Below are positions 54,925 through 63,069 of a stretch of DNA of 64,000 bases, piece by piece; the first letter of the stretch is position 1, and every line of letters begins with the position of its first letter. The notes under the pieces were generated by a model. It was given only the letters and a program-made list of their open reading frames with translations. It searched no databases and was not told where the DNA came from. Origin of the DNA: an uncultured Eubacteriales bacterium (GTDB lineage: Bacteria; Actinomycetota; Coriobacteriia; Anaerosomatales; JAAXUF01); contig CAZIPT010000002.1 of the NCBI GenBank assembly GCA_964541375.1, positions 445 to 64,444 of the forward strand, written 5' to 3'. Made by a program: the position numbers and the translations under genes.

Positions 54925-56760
54925 ATGAGGGCCGGTGACCTGGACAAAGCGCTGTCAGCGAACTCACTTGTCGAGGTTCGCGAGTCGCTTCGCCCGAGGC
55001 GCGGACCCTTGGCGTTTTCCGATCTCAAGCGGCTGACGCAGCATATGCGATCCCTCGACGATCAACTCAACCCGGTCAGGGTCGCCATTGTTCGAACGTA
55101 CACGACTGAGCTACTGCGCCCCTACTGGGAGTTCGAGAGCCTGTTGAACGGTCTTGCTCTCACCTTGCACGAGGCGCCGTACGGCATGGTCGTTCAAGAG
55201 GCGATACCTGACGGCGGCATAGCCTCCTTCGAGCCCGACACGGTCTTCCTCATGCTGCAGTGGGGTGATCTTGACCCTCGGCTTGCCGGAAGCGTCAGCG
55301 AGTTCACCGATGAGGAGCGGCGTGCCATCGTGCAGTCCGCTGCCGATTCGGCGGTCAGTCTGCTGTCGGCCTACCGCCACGTCGTCAGCTGCCCGCTGGT
55401 TCTGTCCGTGTTGCCGAGTCTCCTCCCGGTCGAACTGGGGATGTGCGACGTTTCCGCACCTTTGTCGGAGCGTCTTCTCCACGGTGAGTTGCTCCGAGCC
55501 GTCGCCGTTGCGTTGCGTGAATCGGTCCCCGACGCGTACCTCGCAGATATCGACGAAGTGGTGACCGAGGTCGGCCGGGAAGACATGTTCGACCTTCGGA
55601 TGTGGCACCAGGGCAGGTTTCCCTTCACTGTCCACGGTGCCCAGGCTGTGGTGCGATCCCTCGCCCGGTACCTCGTGCTCATGACCTCAGCCAGAGTCAA
55701 ATGCGTTGTGGTGGATGCCGACAACACACTCTGGGGCGGCATCGTCGGCGAGGACGGCGTCGAAGGAATCGCGCTGGGGCCCGAGTATCCCGGCAATGTG
55801 TACGTGACTTTCCAGCGCAGACTTGCGGAACTCCGGCACCGGGGGCTCTTGCTTGGCCTGTGCAGCAAGAACAACCCTGATGACGTACGCGAAGTACTGA
55901 GTGACCACCCGAGCCAGGTTCTGCGCGAGGACGACTTCGCGGCGATCCGCGCGAACTGGGAGGACAAATCGGAGAACCTGGCCGCGATGGCTGCTGAACT
56001 CAGGCTGGGGCTGGATTCGTTCATGTTCATCGACGACAGCCCTCAGGAGTGCCTCGCCATGCGCACCCGACTGCCCGAGGTGACCACGGTCTGTCTGCCA
56101 AGCCACATCGACGATCTGCCCTTCCTCGTCGACGACCTGCCTCAGCTCCAAGTGCTGAGTCTCACCGCCGAGGACAGCGAGCGCGCTGACATGTATGTGA
56201 GCGAGCGCCATCGCCGCGAGATCGCCTCGACGGCCCGCACGGTGGAAGAGTACCTGTCGACGCTGAAGATGAAGATGTCCGTCGGCTTCGACGACCTCTC
56301 TCGAGTGCCCCGGCTCGCCCAGCTGACCCAGAAGACCAACCAATTCAATCTCACGACGAAGCGCTACTCCGAGTCAACGATGGCGCAGCTCGTCGAGGAC
56401 CCAAGCGTTCTGGTCGCCCATTTCGCGCTTTCAGACGTCTTTGGTGAGAGCGGAATCGTAGGTCTGGGCGTTGTCCGACTCTCGCCCCCCGTTGCGGAGT
56501 TCGACACCTTCCTTCTCTCGTGTCGGGTGATCGGTCGCACCGCGGAGACAGCTTTCCTCAATGAGATTCTGGCTCGCCTCTCTGATTTGGGGGTCCGGAC
56601 GGTCCACGGTGCCTATACCCCCACCCCCAAGAACGCTCTGGCCGCGAGCTTCTGGACCGATCAGGGATTCTCGGAGGACAGCCCGGGCTGCTTTGAGCTC
56701 GATCTGACGACGTGGAAGCCCTCGCCGACTCCAGCCATCGCCGTCATTGCCCCTGGCTAG
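54925..56760 (+). CDS. FkbH-like HAD-IIIC family protein
   Basis: HAD motif I VVDADNTLWGG, then LCSKN and FIDDSP. The C-terminal LLSCRVIGR motif is characteristic of FkbH-like proteins. Confidence 0.8.
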   Translation: MRAGDLDKALSANSLVEVRESLRPRRGPLAFSDLKRLTQHMRSLDDQLNPVRVAIVRTYTTELLRPYWEFESLLNGLALTLHEAPYGMVVQEAIPDGGIASFEPDTVFLMLQWGDLDPRLAGSVSEFTDEERRAIVQSAADSAVSLLSAYRHVVSCPLVLSVLPSLLPVELGMCDVSAPLSERLLHGELLRAVAVALRESVPDAYLADIDEVVTEVGREDMFDLRMWHQGRFPFTVHGAQAVVRSLARYLVLMTSARVKCVVVDADNTLWGGIVGEDGVEGIALGPEYPGNVYVTFQRRLAELRHRGLLLGLCSKNNPDDVREVLSDHPSQVLREDDFAAIRANWEDKSENLAAMAAELRLGLDSFMFIDDSPQECLAMRTRLPEVTTVCLPSHIDDLPFLVDDLPQLQVLSLTAEDSERADMYVSERHRREIASTARTVEEYLSTLKMKMSVGFDDLSRVPRLAQLTQKTNQFNLTTKRYSESTMAQLVEDPSVLVAHFALSDVFGESGIVGLGVVRLSPPVAEFDTFLLSCRVIGRTAETAFLNEILARLSDLGVRTVHGAYTPTPKNALAASFWTDQGFSEDSPGCFELDLTTWKPSPTPAIAVIAPG

Positions 56761-56869
56761 AGGTCGCGCGACAATGGATGGCCGCCGGTGGCGCGGCGAG
56801 GCACGGCCATGACCAGCCAGAAGACCGGTTTCCCTGGGCCTTTGCCTAGGCACGTTGGAAGGGACTCGC

Positions 56870-57112
56870 ATGAGTAGTAGCGATCGCGCTCGCGAACTGA
56901 TCGCGTCGACCTTTGACCTGCCGGTCGAAGAGGTGACGCTCGAAGGCACGGACTCAACCGTGCCCGGATGGGACTCGTTCGGACATGTCACCCTGATGAT
57001 GGCCTTGGAGGAGGCCGTCGGGGAGACTATCGACGCCGCCGAGATGGGCAAGCTGACTTCGGTCGCGGCAATCGCCGACTTCCTCGGGAAGAGCAGTTCT
57101 GACTCGAGGTAA
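56870..57112 (+). CDS. Acyl/peptidyl carrier protein
   Basis: 80 aa. The phosphopantetheine-attachment-type motif GWDSFGHVTLM is flanked by helices. Confidence 0.75.
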   Translation: MSSSDRARELIASTFDLPVEEVTLEGTDSTVPGWDSFGHVTLMMALEEAVGETIDAAEMGKLTSVAAIADFLGKSSSDSR

Positions 57113-57164
57113 CGGGCGACAGGCTCTAGGAGCGCACCTGAATCGCGAATCTGAGGGGGTCTCG

Positions 57165-58862
57165 TTGGGCGAGTACCGGCTAGATGTGAGACTCGAGAAT
57201 CCTGGACTGTGGACCCGGGTCGACGGGGTCGCGGCCCGCGGGCGCGCGTTCCTAGACGGTCGTCTGCTGGATGCACACGCAATCGCCGAGCTGTTCAGTG
57301 GCCAAGGAAGCGCGGACCAGGTGATTGACCTCGCACGAAGTCTCACCGGCCACTACGCGGTACTGAGCGACGCCGAGGCTCTTCCCTACGCGATCGTGGA
57401 CTCAGCGCGGAGTTTCCCGCTCTTCTTCAACGAGACACCATCGGCGCTTGTCGTCTCGGACACCCCCTATGCCACACTTCAGGCCGGTGAATCGGCCGCC
57501 CCGCGGGAAGACTCCTTGGTCGACTTCGCCTACTGCGGCTACGTGTCGGGAGCCCGGACGCTCGTCGGTGAAGTCAAGCAGGTGCCGGCCGGGACGATCC
57601 TCCTTGTTGGCGGGGGGGAGAACCGCGCGCGTGGTGCGAAGCTGGTACCGTTCGACGTGTTCGTCCCGTCTATCGAGGGAGATCCGGGCAAGAGCGACTC
57701 GGAGCTTCACGCGCTCATGCGCGAATCGATGTCCGCGGCCGTGGATCGTCTCATCACGATCGCCGGTGGAAGAACCATCGCACTGGCGTTGAGCGGCGGC
57801 TACGACAGCAGGCTGCTCGCGATGCTGCTCAAGGAGAAGGGCTACGACGCAGTCCTCTGCTTCTGCTATGGCAAGGACGGGAACTCCGAGTCCGTGATCA
57901 GTCGGCCCGTCGCCGAGGAGCTGGGGTTCCCTTGGGAGTTCATCCGCTTCGACGAGTCGACTTGGGCGTCCTGGGTTCGTTCGAGTGAGTGGCAAGAGTA
58001 TGTGCAGATGGCGCACCTGGGGGTCTCGCTGCCGCTCGTACAGGCGTGGGGCGGCGTCCTGGGGCTTCGGTCCGCCGGAGTGCTGCCTGACGACGCGGTG
58101 TTCGTACCGGGCATGCTGGGCGGGGGATGTCTCGCAGGCAAGTACTCGCGCCGCGACCTGCTCGACCACGCACCCGGAGACCGTCTGCGTGCGGCCCACG
58201 CCATCGTCAACGACCTCTACAACCTCTGGTGGGATGAGCCTGCGCGCTCGTTGCACCTCGAGTCGGCTCCGATGCGGATTGCAGACGATCTTGCGGTGCC
58301 GGGGTTGGGGGAGTGGGAGGCCGACTGCTCGGCGTATGAGTACTGGCGCTTCAGCCAGTACAACCTGGGGTTCCTCGCCAACGATTCTCGTGTGTACGAG
58401 TACTGGGGATATGACTGGTGGATGCCGTTCGCGGACAAGGCTCACGTCTCGATCTGGCAGCACGTGCCCTATGCGAGGCGTATCGGCATGGGTCTCTACG
58501 CTGACTTCGTCACCGACTACATGCCTGACGCACTCGGAGTCCGCGACGACAGCGTGTTGCGGCTCAAGCGAGGCAGCGGCTCGGCGGACCTCATCGAGGC
58601 GAAGACCATCGCGAGCGTGCTGAGACGGTTTGCCAGGAATCTCGACCGGGGCGGCCACGCGCGTGCGATCCGAGACCGGCTCCGCGGGCCGCAGGCCAAG
58701 CTGGACAATGCGTACTACTCTCATCCGCTGGGGTGGTGGGGTGTTGTCGACAAGTCTCAGTTCGATCGCCAATTCACGGGAGCCGAGAGTATCTACTCTT
58801 TCATGACTCAACAGATGCTTGCCGACCGATACGGGTGGTCGAGGGAGAGGGTCGCCGAGTGA
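57165..58862 (+). CDS. Asparagine-synthetase-B-like PP-loop ATP pyrophosphatase lacking the N-terminal catalytic Cys
   Basis: TTG start. PP-loop is IALALSGGYDSRLLAML. The N-terminus (M)GEYRLDV... lacks the MCG nucleophile. Confidence 0.75.
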   Translation: MGEYRLDVRLENPGLWTRVDGVAARGRAFLDGRLLDAHAIAELFSGQGSADQVIDLARSLTGHYAVLSDAEALPYAIVDSARSFPLFFNETPSALVVSDTPYATLQAGESAAPREDSLVDFAYCGYVSGARTLVGEVKQVPAGTILLVGGGENRARGAKLVPFDVFVPSIEGDPGKSDSELHALMRESMSAAVDRLITIAGGRTIALALSGGYDSRLLAMLLKEKGYDAVLCFCYGKDGNSESVISRPVAEELGFPWEFIRFDESTWASWVRSSEWQEYVQMAHLGVSLPLVQAWGGVLGLRSAGVLPDDAVFVPGMLGGGCLAGKYSRRDLLDHAPGDRLRAAHAIVNDLYNLWWDEPARSLHLESAPMRIADDLAVPGLGEWEADCSAYEYWRFSQYNLGFLANDSRVYEYWGYDWWMPFADKAHVSIWQHVPYARRIGMGLYADFVTDYMPDALGVRDDSVLRLKRGSGSADLIEAKTIASVLRRFARNLDRGGHARAIRDRLRGPQAKLDNAYYSHPLGWWGVVDKSQFDRQFTGAESIYSFMTQQMLADRYGWSRERVAE

Positions 58863-58939
58863 TCCGAACGGTCGCGGCGGCCGCCTCGCGTTCGACAAGA
58901 GGGCATCGTGGTGGATCGAACACCTTTGAGGAGCGCTAA

Positions 58940-60049
58940 GTGCGTATCGTGCATATCGGCAGCAAAGGTATCCCGTCGACAGGCGGCACTGAACGCGTCG
59001 TCGAGGCCATCGCCGTGCGGCATGCGCGCGCCCAAGATGTCACCGTGTACGGCAGGGCGGACGTATGTTCCACGGGGACGCATCGCAACGTCAGGGTGAT
59101 TGCGTTCCGAGTGCCTCGCAACAAGTTCCTTGGACCTATCTGGCTTGTATTGGCCTCGACACTGCACGCACTGTTCACCCAGAAAGCCAGTCTTGCGCAC
59201 GTCCACGGCGCCGAGAACGCCTTTGTCCTGCCGTTGCTGAAGACTCGCTTCCCCGTCGTCACCACCAACCACGGGCCGGCCTACGCGCGAGCGAAGTGGG
59301 GTCGGCTCGCGAGCGCACTCATCCGGTCGACCGAGCGCGGCTCGGTTGTGCGAGCAGACGCCGCCACAGCCGTTGCCGAGCGCGATGCCCTTGAGCTCTC
59401 GGAACGCTACGGGGTAGAGGTGCTGAGCATCCCCAACGGGGTCGATGAGGACACTCGTCCCGACGACGCCGCGGCCCAGAAGATGCTCGCCGAACTCGGG
59501 CTTGAGCGCGGCCGGTTCGCGATGTTTGCAGCTGCGCGCGTCGACCCCACGAAGGGCTGCCTCGACCTGTTGGGTGCGTGGAGGATTCTGGGCTGCCCGA
59601 TGCCGCTTCTGGTGGTCGGCGATCTGTGGCACGCGCCGGGCCACGAGGCTGAGCTGCGCGAAGCCGCCGACGGGATGGCCGTGCATTTCGTCCCACGGAT
59701 CGGGGACAAGGCGCTTGTCTTTGGATTGGTCGCAGCCGCGGATGTCTTCGTCTTTCCTTCCACGGTCGAGGCGATGTCGATGATGCTCCTGGAGGCGACA
59801 GCTCTGAGTGTTCCCGTACTGGCGAGCGATATTCCGGAGAACACGGACGTTCTGCCCGACAGAGAGTGGTTCTTCACCTCGGGCGACGCGTCGGATCTGG
59901 CTCGGGCATATGCGGCCCTGAAGCTCGAGCCAGACGACGCGGTGCGCGCGCGTTGTGAAAGCCGAGCGAGCTACGTTCGAAGCCGCTACTCCTGGGATCG
60001 CATCGCTGATGAATACCAGGTCGTATACGATTGTGTAGCGCGTGCGTAA
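58940..60049 (+). CDS. Glycosyltransferase family 4
   Basis: GTG start with GAGGAG upstream. N-terminus is (V)RIVHIGSKGIPSTGGTERVVEAIA. C-terminus is VEAMSMMLLEATALSVPVLASD. Confidence 0.8.
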   Translation: MRIVHIGSKGIPSTGGTERVVEAIAVRHARAQDVTVYGRADVCSTGTHRNVRVIAFRVPRNKFLGPIWLVLASTLHALFTQKASLAHVHGAENAFVLPLLKTRFPVVTTNHGPAYARAKWGRLASALIRSTERGSVVRADAATAVAERDALELSERYGVEVLSIPNGVDEDTRPDDAAAQKMLAELGLERGRFAMFAAARVDPTKGCLDLLGAWRILGCPMPLLVVGDLWHAPGHEAELREAADGMAVHFVPRIGDKALVFGLVAAADVFVFPSTVEAMSMMLLEATALSVPVLASDIPENTDVLPDREWFFTSGDASDLARAYAALKLEPDDAVRARCESRASYVRSRYSWDRIADEYQVVYDCVARA

Positions 60050-60159
60050 GGGCGCCAACACATCGCGTTGGCACAGACACGTCGGGGAGGGCGCAAGCGG
60101 AGACGATGCCGTTTCCGGGTCGCGCGTCGTCACTCCGACGAAGGACAAGGGCGGGAACC

Positions 60160-61266
60160 GTGCACGTTTCATTCGTTGACCTGAAGGCGCAGGCTGAGTC
60201 GCTCGGCGGGACTTACGCCTCGTTACTGGACTCCATCGTCGGCCGCGCTGCCTATACCATGGGCCCGGAGCTCGCAGCGTTCGAGCGCGAGTTCGCGAGC
60301 TACTGCTCTTGCGAGCACGCTATCGGCGTCAGCAGTGGCACCGACGCGCTCAAGCTCGCGTACCTCGCAGCCGGGGTCGGCCCTGGCGACGAGGTCGTCG
60401 TGCCGGTCAACACCTTCATCGCCACTGCCGAGGCGGTCTCTCACGTGGGGGCGAAGCCGGTCTTCGTCGACTGCCTCGCCGAGACCGCGAACATCGACCC
60501 AGGACTCGTGGAGGCGGCGCTGACCGATCGCACACGGGCGATAGTCCCCGTTCACCTGTACGGTCAGCCGGCCGACATGGACCCGATTCGCGAGATCGCG
60601 AACCGACGCGGGATACCGGTGATCGAGGATGCCTGCCAGGCGCACGGCGCCGAGTACCGGGGCGGGCGGGCGGGGAGCCTGGGAGCGGCCGCAGCGTTCA
60701 GCTTCTATCCCGGCAAGAACCTGGGGGCTTTGGGCGACGGTGGAGCTGTCGTGACCAACGATGCCGACCTGGCCGAGAAGATTCGACTCCTTCGAAACCA
60801 CGGACAGCAAGACAAGTACACGCACAGCGTCGTTGGCTACTGCGACCGCCTCCACAACCTACAGGCGGCGTTCCTCTCGGCGAAGCTGCCACACATGGAG
60901 GGCTGGAACGACGCCCGCCGAGAGACCGCCGCTCGCTACGATGCGTTGCTCGCAGAGGTTCCGGGTGTCGGTCGGCTCTCCACGATCGCCGGCGTTTCGC
61001 ACGTGCACCATCTGTACGTCGTGTTGGTCGATGACCGCGACCGGGTTCGTGACGCGCTCGCGGAGGCCGGTATCGAGACGGGCGTCCACTATCCGGTCCC
61101 GCTCCACTTGACCCCGGCGTACCGCTCGTTGGGGTACGGGCCCGGCGACTTCCCAGTGGCTGAGGCGCTCGCAAGACGCGCGCTGTCCCTTCCGATGCAT
61201 CCCCATCTCTCAGGGGAACAGACCAACTACGTGGTCAAACAGCTCGAAGCGGCGCTCGAGCGGTAG
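60160..61266 (+). CDS. DegT/DnrJ/EryC1/StrS-family PLP sugar aminotransferase (WbpE-like)
   Basis: VSFVDLKAQ..., GVSSGTDAL, VIEDACQAHGA and SFYPGKNLGALGDGG (PLP Lys) motifs. The start is assumed to be GTG 60160. Confidence 0.85.
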   Translation: MHVSFVDLKAQAESLGGTYASLLDSIVGRAAYTMGPELAAFEREFASYCSCEHAIGVSSGTDALKLAYLAAGVGPGDEVVVPVNTFIATAEAVSHVGAKPVFVDCLAETANIDPGLVEAALTDRTRAIVPVHLYGQPADMDPIREIANRRGIPVIEDACQAHGAEYRGGRAGSLGAAAAFSFYPGKNLGALGDGGAVVTNDADLAEKIRLLRNHGQQDKYTHSVVGYCDRLHNLQAAFLSAKLPHMEGWNDARRETAARYDALLAEVPGVGRLSTIAGVSHVHHLYVVLVDDRDRVRDALAEAGIETGVHYPVPLHLTPAYRSLGYGPGDFPVAEALARRALSLPMHPHLSGEQTNYVVKQLEAALER

Positions 61267-61509
61267 CCCGCAACCAGCCTCCAAGACTCCACTGTAGTTG
61301 CGGGGGCCTCCTGCCGATACAAACATTGTGAGCGCCGACACAGGATGCTCGCGAGCGATGTGAGTTGGCGGGGCCATTCTCCCGTCAAATGCGCATCGGT
61401 CGCGTTAACCAGCCTGAGCTGTCTGCGCACTGAGATTGACTGGTTTCACAGGTATACTGTCTCCTCGCACTCTGTCTTCAGGACTAGCGCAGAGTGCGCC
61501 CGGGCCTTG

Positions 61510-63027
61510 ATGACGGGCTCGGGGGAACACGAGGGAGGGCGTGGCGGAGCCTTGGTCGACGCGACTCTGAGAGCTGGGACCAGCGGTCGCCGTATGGCGA
61601 GGGTTTCGGCGCGCACCAGACTCGGATGGGCCAGCGTGGGGTCCGACGTCCTTGCACTGTTCGGAGCCTATCTGTTTGCCGGCGCGGTACGCTCCCTGGT
61701 GCCATCGGCTGCGAGCCTGTCTGCGGTCCCCTTCCAGCTCGACTGGTCGATTGCGATATTCGCGGTCGTCGTGGTGGCCGTCTTCTATGTCTCGGGGCTC
61801 TACGAGCCTGAGGCCTACGTGTCGCGTCCTCTGCATCTGTGGATCCTGTTGAAGGCGTCGTTCATCGCGTTCATGGTGTCTGCGCTGACGGCCTACCTGG
61901 TCCGCTCCGCCACCTTCGATGGATCACGGATCGTCCTGCTGCTCACATTCGCCGTGTTCGTGGTGGCCGCGGCCGCGCTTCGCTTCGGCGCTCTTGATGG
62001 TGTGTGCGGCGCCTGGCTTCGTCAGCGCCGGCCCGTGTCACTGCTTGTTGGTGATTCGGAGATCGCACGCAAGCTGGCCGAGCATCTCGGCGATCTTCGC
62101 GGGTTTGATCGCATGGTGCGAGTGGATGCTGCCACGACAGACTTGGGCGACGAGGCTCTCGGTGCCGCACTTGAAGGTTCGTGGCCCAGGGACGCCGAGG
62201 TAGCCTCGGTCTTCATCGATGCCACAAGCCTGCCGCCGCGGGACGTCTACAGGACTGCAGCCGCGTCTCACTCATTGGGCGCCGAGGTGTATCTGGTCTC
62301 GGGGCTGTTCAAGGCGGTCCAGGGCAACGGGCTTCTTAGTAAGTTGTTTGACGTGCCGGTGGTGCGTCTGCACCGGAGCATGGAGTCCGCGAAGCCGTAT
62401 CCGCTGAAGCGAACGCTCGACGTCGTCGGTTCCGCACTTCTGCTCCTCGTTTTCTCGCCCGTCATCCTCGTGCTGGGGATCTTGATTCGCCTGACCTCGC
62501 CCGGGCCCGTCTTCTACAAGCAGACTCGCATAGGCCGTAACGGCGTCCCGTTCGAGTTCCTCAAGCTACGCTCGATGGTCATGGACGGTGACCAGTGCAT
62601 CCATTCGGAGTACGTGCGCGCCTTCATGAACGGAACCGCCGAGGCGGTCGCCATAGGCGGGGGCAACGACGCGATATTCAAGATGGTCGACGATCCCAGA
62701 ATCACGCCCGTCGGTAGGTTCGTACGCAAGTACTCTCTCGATGAGCTGCCGCAGTTCTGGAACGTCTTTCGCGGCGATATGAGCCTCGTCGGCCCGCGAC
62801 CGCCGCTGCCCTACGAGGTGAACGAGTACGATGAGTGGGATTCGCTGCGCCTGGTGGTGCCTTCGGGAATCACCGGCCTGTGGCAGGTCGAAGGGCGCAG
62901 CCGCGTGTCGTTTGACGAGATGATCCTTCAGGATCTGGTCTACGCTCAGAACATGCGGCTGCTGGTGGACATCGAGCTGTGCCTGAAGACACTGCCTGCC
63001 ACGCTGCTGGGCGGCGGAGGGGGCTAG
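61510..63027 (+). CDS. Polyprenyl-phosphate sugar-phosphate transferase (WbaP/EpsB-type bacterial sugar transferase)
   Basis: Four N-terminal TM segments. The C-terminal domain reads KRTLDVVGSALLLLVFSPVILVLGILIRLTSPGPVFYKQTRIGRNGVPFEFLKLRSM...DELPQFWNVFRGDMSLVGPRP. The start is uncertain (61510 or 61594). Confidence 0.8.
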   Translation: MTGSGEHEGGRGGALVDATLRAGTSGRRMARVSARTRLGWASVGSDVLALFGAYLFAGAVRSLVPSAASLSAVPFQLDWSIAIFAVVVVAVFYVSGLYEPEAYVSRPLHLWILLKASFIAFMVSALTAYLVRSATFDGSRIVLLLTFAVFVVAAAALRFGALDGVCGAWLRQRRPVSLLVGDSEIARKLAEHLGDLRGFDRMVRVDAATTDLGDEALGAALEGSWPRDAEVASVFIDATSLPPRDVYRTAAASHSLGAEVYLVSGLFKAVQGNGLLSKLFDVPVVRLHRSMESAKPYPLKRTLDVVGSALLLLVFSPVILVLGILIRLTSPGPVFYKQTRIGRNGVPFEFLKLRSMVMDGDQCIHSEYVRAFMNGTAEAVAIGGGNDAIFKMVDDPRITPVGRFVRKYSLDELPQFWNVFRGDMSLVGPRPPLPYEVNEYDEWDSLRLVVPSGITGLWQVEGRSRVSFDEMILQDLVYAQNMRLLVDIELCLKTLPATLLGGGGG

Positions 63028-63069
63028 ATCCGCGCGGGGGCCATGGCCCTTGGGCGACGAGGGGGATGC

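Noticed and set aside
57402-60172. Minus-strand ORFs of 498 aa (57402-58898) and 454 aa (58808-60172) opposite the AsnB-like and GT4 genes.
   Set aside because: Shadow frames. The + strand products carry the PP-loop and GT4 signatures.
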